The notes under the pieces: generated by a model
Database searches by the model: none
What the model was told of the DNA's origin: nothing
Seen by the model: only the letters and a program-made list of their open reading frames with translations
Position numbers and translations under genes: made by a program
Shown here: positions 31,970 to 45,300 of the stretch, one piece after another
Numbering within the stretch: position 1 is the first letter of the stretch
Layout of the letters: every line of letters begins with the position of its first letter
Assembly: GCA_004431415.1 (NCBI GenBank)
Contig: QPMI01000629.1
Span: 1 to 64,000, forward strand
Reading direction: 5' to 3'
Length of the DNA: 64,000 nucleotides
Source of the DNA: Cyanophora paradoxa CCMP329
Taxonomy: Eukaryota > Plantae > Glaucophyta

Positions 31970-34798
31970 TGGTTAGTGCACGTTTTTTAGAGGACGACAG
32001 ACACGAAGGAGAGCTAGAGCTAGAAATACCATCAACAGCGAAGGGATCCACATCCGATGATCACTAACAAGCGGAAGACAGAATTGAGAAAGATAAATCA
32101 CAGGAAGCAGACAAGTAAGCGGAACAACAAGACGCGTACGATGGGAAGGCTGAGGCGAAGCAGGACGATGCGAAAGGGCAGAGCTACGGCACGAAGAGGC
32201 TAGGATATATATACAGAAGACGGATCAGGCGGATCAAGAACAGGCAGAAGGACAGTCAAAGGAATCACCAAAGCCGGTCGGGGCCGAGGCGGGCAATCAA
32301 ACTGCAAACGACGGCGAACGACAGGTCGAGTAAAAGGACTAGCACTGAGAGTAATTCGAGCATCTACACTACGATCAGAATCCGAATCAGACCGAACTAA
32401 ACTAGTCGGAGAACGCCGGCGTCGGCGAGATACGACCAGCGAAGCAGAAGACGAAGCCAGATCTAGAGGCGGCGGCTCGGCGCCAAGGACAAGGACCGGA
32501 GGGCCCGGCCCCCCAACCCGCCGGAGAGAACCAGGAGAAGACGCAGGCTCGGCAAGCCGGCGACGGGTGCGACCACGAGTCCGTGAATTCGAAGAGATCG
32601 GGGAAGAAGGTCCCGAAGCCGAGGGCCCGGGAGCAGGGCCAGGAGAAGGCAAGCCCGGCGAGAAATCTGACCCAGAGCCCGGCGGCCGGAACCCAGCGAA
32701 CGACGACGACGAAAAGGCCCCCGAGGAGCCAAGACGGGGAAGCTCTCGAGAAAAGCACTGACAGCCGGTGTCGAGCACGGCGGCTGATCATGAGGAACCC
32801 CGCAGACAGCGGAAGGCGGAGAGTCGAGGGTCGATCTAGAGATCCGACGACGGGAACGCGGCGGAGGTCTACGAGACGGAAGAGGCAAGGAGGGAGCCAA
32901 GGAGGGGTCGGAGGCAGGGGAAGGGTCACGAGCAGGTGACGAGGATCGCTGCCGGCGCCGAAGAGAGGGCAGCGAAACAGAAGGAAGGTCGGGTGGTGCC
33001 GGATCAGACGACACGGGGGCCATGGGCGGCGCAGAGAGAGACGGGCTTGAGGGCGCAAGGGCCCGACGAGGGCGCCGGCGGCGAATCTCACGAGCGCCAG
33101 GAAGTGGGACAGGACCTGCAGAAGGGACCCGAGGCGCTGAAGGGGGAGCAGGGAGTCGGAATGACGGGGAGACCGAAAAGAGGACAGTCTCGCCGACACT
33201 CGGAAGCGGGGCAGATGCCGAGGAGCTCGAGGGGGGAAGGGAGGGTGCACGTGGAGGAGGAGATATAGGGCAGCTGGTCGACGGGTATGGAGAATCGAGA
33301 GCAGAGGCGAGGGAGGCCGGAGTGATGGCGAGATCTAGATCTGGAGGCAAGGAGGCGTGCACCCGGATCCGGGAAAGTGGATGCAGACGTAAAGAGACCG
33401 GGGACGTAGCAGCGGGAGGGGCATGCGAAACGATAGTGCCGCTCGGCGTCACAGTTGCAGAAGCAGGGGCAAGAAGGATGGGCTGAAGAGGGAGCTGAAC
33501 CAGGAGTACGTCAGAAAGAGGGCCGCGCGGGGGCGGGAGTGGAGGAGCAAGGGGAAGAGGCCAGAAGGGGTACGGAGCTGCAAGATGACCAGGGACTTGC
33601 CGGGGAACTGGCAAGTGAAGAGGCCCCGTGACAGCAAGCTGTATGGAGGGAGGAGCTCGAGGTAGAGGCGGGGCCAGCGGGCCAAGGAGCACAGGAATCG
33701 GGACCGCAGGGAATGGGGGGAAAGGAGCGTCGAGAGGGGCAGCTAGAGCTGGAATGGGGACGGGCCCGAGGGTCTCTTTAGGGGCCAGGACAGGAGGGGA
33801 CGGTGCAGGAGGCGGGCGACCACCAGGGATCCCCAACGGGACGTCCCACGAACGGCGAACTCCGCTGGATTTCGGAGGACAGAATTAATGTCACGCGAAG
33901 AGACGAGGTCGTCAGCACCACCCGAAGAGGGAGCACCCGATGAGTCAGAAGCAGAGCTCGAACTAGAACGATGAGAGCCGGCACTAGACTCTGAAGCGTG
34001 TTCGTCATCATCCGTGGCAGCCGGATCATCAGCGTCAGCAGCAGCCAAACGAGCACGCCGCTCTTCCAACAAGGCCGAGGCCTGTGGAAGGGTGAACTCT
34101 AGAGATCTAGATGACATATTTCTGTCCCAGGCGGCAACAAGCGCGGCGCGGTTGTAAGAAGGTGCATCAACGTCAGCCTCCTCTTGATCGCACCGAGCGC
34201 GAGCAACCTGCTGTATGGAAAATACGCCAGCGAGGACTGCTTCAAGTGATCGAAGGCAGAAGCTTTTAAGGTGGGGTTAACTGTAACTGGGGTTAATCTG
34301 GGACCGAGAGGATGTGGAGGAGAGAAAGGTCAGGCACCGCGACCTCCTCACGCTCATCAGGCGGAAGAGCAGACGCCCACAACTGCAGGCGTTCACGGAT
34401 GAAATCCCAGAATGAACGAGAAAGAGGGCACGGCTAAGCCTGGAACGCGCGCGCCGGCTCTGGGCCGACCGGTGCGCGATCAATGCCGCATGGGAGAGGG
34501 ACTGCCGCACTGCGGCATCTCCCAGGCCTCCAAACGTCGTCCGCGCCCGCCCCGCACAGGAGCTAGAACAAAAGAACGCGCCCGCGGACCCCGGCCCGCG
34601 CCCCGATAAAGCTCTGCCCCGCGGCCGCCTGCGACGGGCCCCTGCGCCTTCATAACGAACTTCGCGCAGCCCAGAACGCTGACTGCCCGCCGGAGTACAG
34701 TGGGTGGAAAGCAGCACTACGAGCCCAAGAGATCTACGACACCACCAAGGTCCGCCCCTGGAGTCTACCCCCCCCCGGATGACTAACTAACCCCCGTA

Positions 34799-34835
<37 letters not shown>

Positions 34836-35810
34836 CTACACCTGGAGGCGACGAGGAGACTCCACCGCCAAGCCCCGCCTACGACGGCCTCACCCTCAGC
34901 CTATCGCCTACGGCCGCTCTCCGGGCCCCCGCGCCCGCTGCCGACCCGCCACCGCCCGCGCGACATGCGCTTCCATACCCCCCTCGCTATCGCCGACACG
35001 CTCGCCTCCCGCCGCCGCCGCCCCCCCCCGCCAGACCCGGCCCCCTCCCTCCGTCGCCCCAGTCGCCCCTACCCGGCCCCCCCCCCGCTCCCTCCGCCTC
35101 TGCCGCTCTGCTGATCCCCCGCTACACCAGGGACGGGATGCGTGCGGTGGTGCGGGCTGCCAGGCGGAAGGTCGTCTGTCGGCCGCTGAACCCATCTGCA
35201 CCAGCCCCGGCCACGCGCCAGGACGGGGCGGTCCGACCGCCGCGGAGGGGGCTCGTCATTGCCCGCGGCAGGGGGGAGGCGGTCGGCGGGCGGCTGGAAG
35301 CCCGGCGGAACGCGCCACTGGAACCTCCCTCCTCCCGACCGCGGCCGCCCGACCCCGCCCCCCCCCCCCCCGCCCCGTCTCACTGCCCCACTCCTTCCCA
35401 TGCTGCACCTCCCGCCCCTCCCCCTAGGCCTCCCCCTCGACCGTACTCTTCCCGATGCCCAGAGCCCGGCGGCTCCATCAGGCCCGCTCCTGGATGAGCG
35501 AGCCCCCGGCGACACGGCAGGCCGTACCTTACTAAGTTAGCGTGTACAGGGTGGTTTAGATCATAGTACGCCTTCCCGGAGGCCTTAGCTAACTAGCCAT
35601 AGCTTCAGCTGCAGCTCTTACTGTGCCGTACACGCCTGCTCTTCCTCTTCGTCCTTGGGTAGTCACTCCCCTCCCTGCGTAGGATCCTTCTTGTGCTGCA
35701 GCTCTAGAACTAGCTCTCCGGGTAGCCTCTCCGGGATCCATCTACTTCCACATCCGAGCTCCGCCCGGTCCGATATCCGAAAGGCTTAGTCCCGTAGGTT
35801 TAATTTATCT
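31970..35810 (-). mobile_element. Unclassified GC-rich repetitive element (possible non-autonomous non-LTR retrotransposon remnant); truncated copy at 27543-30565
   Basis: Present as three partial copies, with a long Pro/Ser-rich reading frame, a poly-G tract and a weak zf-RVT-like 'CPLSRSFWDFIRERL' fragment near 34400. No RT or endonuclease motifs. Boundaries approximate. Confidence 0.4.
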
Positions 35811-36011
35811 CTCGACTTGACACAGATGGCATGGACACATCAGTTATATCTCTATATGAGCTAGCCATTTGTCTCGGTGCACGTGTCACATGTACGTATA
35901 CAGTGTGTGCGAATTCATTCATTACTTGACGATCGTCATGAATATTTGTATTCGAACGAAAAGTGAGGATCTATAGCTCTAAATAGCTAAAACGTTTCTA
36001 TCCTATAGCGT

Positions 36012-36170
36012 CCGGTGACGGCACCAGTTGCCTGTCCGACACCTCCGGCGACGGCACCAGTTGCCTGTCCGACGCCTCCGGTAACGGCATGCGCACCAGT
36101 TGCCTGTCCGACGCCTCCGGTGATGTTACCAGTTGCAATTGCCTGTCCGACGCCTCCGGCGACGGCACGT
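36012..36170. repeat. ~30-36-bp minisatellite downstream of the giant gene (copy at 30767-30925)
   Basis: About four copies of ccgg(c/t)gacggcaccagttgcctgtccgacgcct. Confidence 0.75.
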
Positions 36171-36343
36171 GCACTTGCACTGGTTGACGAATACATGAAC
36201 AGCTACAGTATACTTACGATATTTATACTCGAAAACGAATAAGAGTAATTGCAATCGAATAATTATATGAATTTATAGTAATTCCGCTCAAACGTTTGAA
36301 TGGCGGCTCAGTTAACGTTTTATGTGTGTACGAGGAACGGCAA

Positions 36344-39300
36344 TCAGTGCTGCCTTCCAAACAGAAGAGCAACGGTCACTCCGAGGAGAAGGAGCATATG
36401 TATCATCTGAATTCGGAAGCTGGTGCAACGCCCCGCTGATAGTCCAGGACAGTACGGCATGCTGATAACATTGATGTTGGCGTTCGAGGTGGCGTTGGAT
36501 GATGGTGACATCAGAGAGAACTGTTGCAAAGCGACGGCAAGCTCAAAATCAGCCTCGAGCTCCAGATCTAGATGAAATCTCAAGCTCGATCGCGAATTCG
36601 ATCGCACCGGCGTGAGGTGGTTGCAGGTGGCAGTGTAGGCGCCGGAGGAGGCGGTGGCGCTGGCGCAGACCTCCCAGGCCTTGCTGGTGGCGTTGAAGAA
36701 GACAAGCGAGACGGCCTGGCCCGCCGCGATCGTGACGCCGCTCGCGACGGGGATCGTGAAGCTGACGCCCGAGCTGAACTCGCTGCTCAGCTGCCTCGCC
36801 CTGCCGGTGTCGTCGAGGCCCGTCGCCGTGACGTCCAGGATCGACGCGACAAGGCGGTAGCCCGCAGGCGGCGCGGGGAAGGACGACGAGTTCTTGTACA
36901 CACGCACGAGGGCCTGTTTCAAGCGTCAGAGAGAAGAGCAAAGAAATCGAGACAATTGCAAGAAAGAACCTGGAAGTTCTTGATCCAGGCGTCAGTGGGG
37001 AAGGCAATCTGCCGGAAACGAAAATTCAGGAATCGAGCGCAGCACTCGAGCTCGCCGATCGCAGATTGTAAATCGTAGATCGCGCACAGCTGCACCCGGA
37101 GAGTCCGAAATGCCGTTGAAAGTTACCCTGGAGCCGGCTGAGGGGCACACCTGCACGTCAAGCCGCGTTCATGATCATGAGTTGCACCGGTGGAGGAGTC
37201 AGTGCGATAGCTAACTAGTGAATCGTCGTCACAAACCTTGAAGCCCCAGGGGTCAAACTCGGTGGCACGTGCCTGCACACCGCACGGAGTGTCGGGGCTG
37301 CTCAGCATGATCTGCCCGCGCCGAGTGTCATGCATATGATCAAGGGTAGAGCTTGAGGGGCCGGTTTAGATGTCAAAATCATTCCGAAGTCCTGAGGTTT
37401 CGATATGTTTTTCGTGGGACGTCATATTCATGATCACCTGGGCGGCCACTTGGTTGAGGGTGGTTTGTGTCTCGGCGCGGATTGAAGCGGCGGCCGTCGA
37501 GGTGGCGGGAATTGCTGAGAGCAGCCCGGAAAGGCTCGTCTGCAGGCTCTGCACGGTCCGAAGCCAACATCATGAACAGTGAAGATCAGCGGCAAAGACC
37601 AATATGCCCATACCTTTGCATCGATGCCAGCCTTTGTGGCGAGATCCTGCATTTTCATCATCATGCATATGTTCAGCGCGTGCGTCTCGGCCCATAGATC
37701 TAGACCATTAATATTACAAAGCGTGGTGAAAGCGCTCGCACAGGGTTGGCCTTGATGACGTTCAGTAGCAGAGTGGCGCCTTGGACGGCCGTGACTTCCG
37801 AGACCGCGCCGGTCTTGGCGGCGATGGGCGCGACCGACGAAAAGAAAGAGACCAGGGCCCCCGCGTTCTGCGATCGATCGCGATGAGGAACGCACAGACT
37901 ACGCTCTCGACAGATCTAGATAAGGAGAGAATTCGATGTCGACGTCAATGTAGTCTACCTCGGTGTTGGTGAGATCGACGCCTGACTTAGTGGCCTCCGT
38001 CGTCACGGCCTGCAGCAATGAATTCATATATATGCATGATCGATATCATGTATTCGTCTTCACATTCGTATACTGTAATCTCGAATCAGCACCCACCTTC
38101 ATGATGTTGGACATAACGTTCGAGAAGGAAGCGAGAAGGCTGTCGATCGCCGTGCGCACTGCGCGGCGATGGCGGCGGAGCTGGATGCCGGTCGCCGCAC
38201 TGTAGCGGTTCTTGAGTGTGCCGACGAGCGCCATGATCTTGTCCATCTTCTCCTTGAATCTTTCGTTTCCCTGCACACGCGGATGAGGGGACATATATAT
38301 TCAATCCGACGCTAGCGATCACAGTTATAAAACAATTAACGTTGGCGCACGTTCAGAATCGTGGCGACTTCCTTGTCGATGGCGTCCACAGCTGCCTGCC
38401 CAGAGCCGTCAGTGCATGTCGACAGCGCTCGCGATCGCCGGCGCGGACGTTGAAGTTCTCGGCGGCGTTGCCGGTGACAGGAACCAGCGGCTTAACCTCA
38501 ACAGAGGTAGCAATGGGGAAGGTTGTGATGCGCCCCGCGCTGTCCTCGACCGCCACGGTCAACTTGGCGGTAAGCAGCGTTCCGCTCTGCGCAATTCCCA
38601 GCCAGAATTCGAAATTGATTAGGAATTCCGAGGGAAGGGGCGGTGAGGGGGGGGGAGGGCGGCATCTTTTAATAATACAAACAGCTGCACGCACGTCGGG
38701 GAAGAAGAAAACGATAGACCCGTTGAGGACACCGACGTCGACGTCGCGAGCGATCGCGAGGGGCGAAGTCGAGATGTCCGAGCTCGAGGTGACGGTGTAC
38801 TTGAGAGGCGCTGAGGCCGACTGCCATCCCGAGCACGTCACCTGAAAATCATGCCCTCGCGTCATGGAGCTTTTCTGGCAATATATATACCTACGTATAT
38901 ACGCTTCCAGCTACTAGTCATATGCATGATCAGTGGCGCACCGTCACCTTCTCCACGCCCGCCCGGACTGACAGCGGAAAAACGAGGCACGATCCACCCG
39001 ACGGAGCCGCATCTGCGTTTTCAATTCCGTTTGCATAGTAATCGTAAAAAGACAACACACATTGACCCCACGCTTCACGCACCCCTTGCAGCTGGCGATG
39101 GTGAAGGCGAGGGAAAGCTCGTGGGCGGCAGAGACGGGGACGGGGACGGAGTCAACGTCCGGGTAACAGAGGCCGTGGTGAAGGTGACCGACGTCGCGAC
39201 TGAGGTAGCGGAGGCATCCGACTGCGTGGCATCGCACTTGTATTCGGTGCCAGCATTGAGAGCGACCTGCGCAGATGCCTCAATTTGAATTCGCATCCTG

Positions 39301-42300
39301 ATGATGCATACGAATCGCTATCGCGCTCCTGATCGTTATCTTCAGACAGCTATAAGTTAATCCCAGCGCTAGCAACAGCGGTGCAGGTGGGCGATGCACG
39401 CAAAAAAAATATATCGATATATATATATATAAGTTATTTTGTTAGCTTGGTGCGAGGAGCTCGCGATAGAGAGCGAGCCCGGGGGCCCGGGGCGGGCGGA
39501 CCTTGACGGTCGCCGTGGTCACGCCAGCAGTGAAGGTGGCCTCCACGGCGGCGAGCGCAGCCGCGCCCTTTGGCGTGCACGTGACGGCGGCCTTCGTTGC
39601 CGTGTTGACTACCGTCAGGGTGAACTCGACCTTCCCGTCGGCGTCGCGCGGCTTGTCGATTCCAGCGGTGGGGGCCGTGATGGTCGGAGCGACGGGCGCT
39701 GCAGATGCAGCGGCCGTGGTGAAGGTTACTGCCGCGGATGCGCCGGAAGTTCCCGACGGGTCCGTCTGAGTGGCAGTGCACGTGTGCTCGGTGCCGGCCG
39801 CGAGGGCGACCTGCGCGCACGCAAACCGTGAGCTTGCACCGATTACAATCTCCACATGCACAGGTCTAGATCTACACACAGATGTAAATATCATGAATAG
39901 CTAAATATAGGATCATATGTGTGTAAACGAAAGTGGGCGTGGAAGGTTTGGAGCTAGATTCTTGCACAACGATCGCGAGCCGCTGAGCTATAGATCTATA
40001 TATAGATTTCGGCGAAAGCTCTGGAAGTGCAGGTGGGCGATGCCCGCAAACGATATAATTAATATTATAAAACATTTTTGTTAGCTTGGTGCGAGGAGCT
40101 CGCGATCGAGCTCGAGCCCGGGGGCCCGGGGCGGGCGGACCTTGACGGTCGCCGTGGTCACGCCAGCAGTGAAGGTGGCCTCCACGGCGGCGAGCGCAGC
40201 CGCGCCCTTTGGCGTGCACGTGACGGCGGCCTTCGTTGCCGTGTTGACTACCGTCAGGGTGAACTCGACCTTCCCGTCGGCGTCGCGCGGCTTGTCGATT
40301 CCAGCGGTGGGGGCCGTGATGGTCGGAGCGACGGGCGCTGCAGACGTCGTGAAGGTTACTGCCGCGGATGCGCCGGAAGTTCCCGACGGGTCCGTCTGAG
40401 TGGCAGTGCACGTGTGCTCGGTGCCGGCCGCGAGGGCGACCTGCGCGCACGCAAACCGTGAGCTTGCACCGATTATGATCTCCACGGGTCTACACAAAGA
40501 TCTAAATCAAATATCATGAATAGGATCATATTTGTGTAAACGAAAGTGGGCGTGGAAGGTTTGGAGCTAGATTCTTGCGCAACGAGCCGCTGAGCTATTT
40601 ATATAGATCTAGATTTCGGCGAAAGCTCTGGAGGTGCAGGTGGGCGATGCCCGCAAACGATGTAATATTTTGTTAGCTTGGTGCGAGGAGCTCGCGATCG
40701 AGCTCGAGCCCGGGGGCCCGGGGCGGGCGGACCTTGACGGTCGCCGTGGTCACGCCAGCAGTGAAGGTGGCCTCCACGGCGGCGAGCGCAGCCGCGCCCT
40801 TTGGCGTGCACGTGACGGCGGCCTTCGTCGCCGTGTTGACTACCGTCAGGGTGAACTCGACCTTCCCGTCGGCGTCGCGCGGCTTGTCGATTCCAGCGGT
40901 GGGGGCCGTGATGGTCGGAGCGACGGGTGCTGCAGACGTCGTGAAGGTTACTGCCGCGGATGCGCCGGAAGTTCCCGACGGGTCCGTCTGAGTGGCCGTG
41001 CACGTGTGCTCGGTGCTGGCCGCGAGGGCGACCTGCGCGCACGCAAACCGTGAGCTTGCACCGATTACAATCTCCACATGCACAGGTCTAGATCTACACA
41101 CAGATGTAAATATCATGAATAGGATCATATGTGTAAACGAAAGTGGGCGTGGAAGGTTTGGAGATAGATTCTTGCACAACGATCGCGAGCCGCTGAGCTA
41201 TAGATCTAGATTTCGGCGAAAGCTCTGGAGGTGCAGGTGGGCGATGCCCGCAAACGATATAATTAATATTATAAAACATTTTGTAAGCTTGGTGCGAGGA
41301 GCTCGCGATCGAGCTCGAGCCCGGGGGCCCGGGGCGGGCGGACCTTGACGGTCGCCGTGGTCACGCCAGCAGTGAAGGTGGCCTCCACGGCGGCGAGCGC
41401 AGCCGCGCCCTTTGGCGTGCACGTGACGGCGGCCTTCGTCGCCGTGTTGACTACCGTCAGGGTGAACTCGACCTTCCCGTCGGCGTCGCGCGGCTTGTCG
41501 ATTCCAGCGGTGGGGGCCGTGATGGTCGGAGCGACGGGCGCTGCAGATGCAGCGGCCGTGGTGAAGGTTACTGCCGCGGATGCGCCGGAAGTTCCCGACG
41601 GGTCCGTCTGAGTGGCAGTGCACGTGTGCTCGGTGCCGGCCGCGAGGGCGACCTGCGCGCACGCAAACCGTGAGCTTGCACCGATTACAATCTCCACATG
41701 CACAGGTCTAGATCTACACACAGATGTAAATATCATGAATAGCTAAATATAGGATCATATGTGTAAACGAAAGTGGGCGTGGAAGGTTTGGAGATAGATT
41801 CTTGCACAACGATCGCGAGCCGCTGAGCTATAGATCTATATATAGATTTCGGCGAAAGCTCTGGAGGTGCAGGTGGGCGATGCCCGCAAACGATGTAATA
41901 TTTTGTTAGCTTGGTGCGAGGAGCTCGCGATCGAGCTCGAGCCCGGGGGCCCGGGGCGGGCGGACCTTGACGGTCGCCGTGGTCACGCCAGCAGTGAAGG
42001 TGGCCTCCACGGCGGCGAGCGCAGCCGCGCCCTTTGGCGTGCACGTGACGGCGGCCTTCGTCGCCGTGTTGACTACCGTCAGGGTGAACTCGACCTTCCC
42101 GTCGGCGTCGCGCGGCTTGTCGATTCCAGCGGTGGGGGCCGTGATGGTCGGAGCGACGGGCGCTGCAGATGCAGCGGCCGTGGTGAAGGTTACTGCCGCG
42201 GATGCGCCGGAAGTTCCCGACGGGTCCGTCTGAGTGGCAGTGCACGTGTGCTCGGTGCCGGCCGCGAGGGCGACCTGCGCGCACGCAAACCGTGAGCTTG

Positions 42301-45300
42301 CACCGATTACAATCTCCACATGCACAGATCTAGATCTACACACAGATGTAAATATCATGAATAGCTAAATATAGGATCATATGTGTAAACGAAAGTGGGC
42401 GTGGAAGGTTTGGAGCTAGATTCTTGCACAACGATCGCGAGCCGCTGAGCTATAGATCTAGATTTCGGCGAAAGCTCTGGAGGTGCAGGTGGGCGATGCC
42501 CGCAAACGATGTAATATTTTGTTAGCTTGGTGCGAGGAGCTCGCGATCGAGCTCGAGCCCGGGGGCCCGGGGCGGGCGGACCTTGACGGTCGCCGTGGTC
42601 ACGCCAGCAGTGAAGGTGGCCTCCACGGCGGCGAGCGCAGCCGCGCCCTTTGGCGTGCACGTGACGGCGGCCTTCGTCGCCGTGTTGACTACCGTCAGGG
42701 TGAACTCGACCTTCCCGTCGGCGTCGCGCGGCTTGTCGATTCCAGCGGTGGGGGCCGTGATGGTCGGAGCGACGGGCGCTGCAGATGCAGCGGCCGTGGT
42801 GAAGGTTACTGCCGCGGATGCGCCGGAAGTTCCCGACGGGTCCGTCTGAGTGGCAGTGCACGTGTGCTCGGTGCCGGCCGCGAGGGCGACCTGCGCGCAC
42901 GCAAACCGTGAGCTTGCACCGATTACAATCTCCACATGCACAGGTCTAGATCTACACACAGATGTAAATATCATGAATAGCTAAATATAGGATCATATGT
43001 GTAAACGAAAGTGGGCGTGGAAGGTTTGGAGCTAGATTCTTGCACAACGATCGCGAGCCGCTGAGCTATAGATCTAGATTTCGGCGAAAGCTCTGGAGGT
43101 GCAGGTGGGCGATGCCCGCAAACGATGTAATATTTTGTTAGCTTGGTGCGAGGAGCTCGCGATCGAGCTCGAGCCCGGGGGCCCGGGGCGGGCGGACCTT
43201 GACGGTCGCCGTGGTCACGCCAGCAGTGAAGGTGGCCTCCACGGCGGCGAGCGCAGCCGCGCCCTTTGGCGTGCACGTGACGGCGGCCTTCGTCGCCGTG
43301 TTGACTACCGTCAGGGTGAACTCGACCTTCCCGTCGGCGTCGCGCGGCTTGTCGATTCCAGCGGTGGGGCCGTGATGGTCGGAGCGACGGGCGCTGCAGA
43401 TGCAGCGGCCGTGGTGAAGGTTACTGCCGCGGATGCGCCGGAAGTTCCCGACGGGTCCGTCTGAGTGGCAGTGCACGTGTGCTCGGTGCCGGCCGCGAGG
43501 GCGACCTGCGCGCACGCAAACCGTGAGCTTGCACCGATTACAATCTCCACATGCACAGATCTAGATCTACACACAGATGTAAATATCATGAATAGCTAAA
43601 TATAGGATCATATGTGTAAACGAAAGTGGGCGTGGAAGGTTTGGAGCTAGATTCTTGCACAACGATCGCGAGCCGCTGAGCTATAGATCTAGATTTCGGC
43701 GAAAGCTCTGGAGGTGCAGGTGGGCGATGCCCGCAAACGATGTAATATTTTGTTAGCTTGGTGCGAGGAGCTCGCGATCGAGCTCGAGCCCGGGGGCCCG
43801 GGGCGGGCGGACCTTGACGGTCGCCGTGGTCACGCCAGCAGTGAAGGTGGCCTCCACGGCGGCGAGCGCAGCCGCGCCCTTTGGCGTGCACGTGACGGCG
43901 GCCTTCGTCGCCGTGTTGACTACCGTCAGGGTGAACTCGACCTTCCCGTCGGCGTCGCGCGGCTTGTCGATTCCAGCGGTGGGGGCCGTGATGGTCGGAG
44001 CGACGGGCGCTGCAGATGCAGCGGCCGTGGTGAAGGTTACTGCCGCGGATGCGCCGGAAGTTCCGACGGGTCCGTCTGAGTGGCAGTGCACGTGTGCTCG
44101 GTGCCGGCCGCGAGGGCGACCTGCGCGCACGCAAACCGTGAGCTTGCACCGATTACAATCTCCACATGCACAGGTCTAGATCTACACACAGATGTAAATA
44201 TCATGAATAGCTAAATATAGGATCATATGTGTAAACGAAAGTGGGCGTGGAAGGTTTGGAGCTAGATTCTTGCACAACGATCGCGAGCCGCTGAGCTATA
44301 GATCTAGATTTCGGCGAAAGCTCTGGAGGTGCAGGTGGGCGATGCCCGCAAACGATGTAATATTTTGTTAGCTTGGTGCGAGGAGCTCGCGATCGAGCTC
44401 GAGCCCGGGGCCCGGGGCGGGCGGACCTTGACGGTCGCCGTGGTCACGCCAGCAGTGAAGGTGGCCTCCACGGCGGCGAGCGCAGCCGCGCCCTTTGGCG
44501 TGCACGTGACGGCGGCCTTCGTCGCCGTGTTGACTACCGTCAGGGTGAACTCGACCTTCCCGTCGGCGTCGCGCGGCTTGTCGATTCCAGCGGTGGGGGC
44601 CGTGATGGTCGGAGCGACGGGCGCTGCAGATGCAGCGGCCGTGGTGAAGGTTACTGCCGCGGATGCGCCGGAAGTTCCCGACGGGTCCGTCTGAGTGGCA
44701 GTGCACGTGTGCTCGGTGCCGGCCGCGAGGGCGACCTGCGCGCACGCAAACCGTGAGCTTGCACCGATTACAATCTCCACATGCACAGGTCTAGATCTAC
44801 ACACAGATGTAAATATCATGAATAGCTAAATATAGGATCATATGTGTAAACGAAAGTGGGCGTGGAAGGTTTGGAGCTAGATTCTTGCACAACGATCGCG
44901 AGCCGCTGAGCTATAGATCTAGATTTCGGCGAAAGCTCTGGAGGTGCAGGTGGGCGATGCCCGCAAACGATGTAATATTTTGTTAGCTTGGTGCGAGGAG
45001 CTCGCGATCGAGCTCGAGCCCGGGGCCCGGGGCGGGCGGACCTTGACGGTCGCCGTGGTCACGCCAGCAGTGAAGGTGGCCTCCACGGCGGCGAGCGCAG
45101 CCGCGCCCTTTGGCGTGCACGTGACGGCGGCCTTCGTCGCCGTGTTGACTACCGTCAGGGTGAACTCGACCTTCCCGTCGGCGTCGCGCGGCTTGTCGAT
45201 TCCAGCGGTGGGGGCGTGATGGTCGGAGCGACGGGCGCTGCAGATGCAGCGGCCGTGGTGAAGGTTACTGCCGCGGATGCGCCGGAAGTTCCCGACGGGT

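Larger units (their letters stand above)
27543..37214. repeat. Tandem segmental duplication, period ~5.2 kb (27543-31969 matches 32763-37214)
   Basis: Near-identical ORFs offset by 5220-5245 bp (for example 31099/36344 and 30742/35987). Confidence 0.92.

Noticed and set aside
26679-35540. Long Pro/Arg/Ser-rich ORFs as host genes
   Set aside because: Low complexity, inside a repeated element, frameshifted differently in each copy, and with no recognisable domain.
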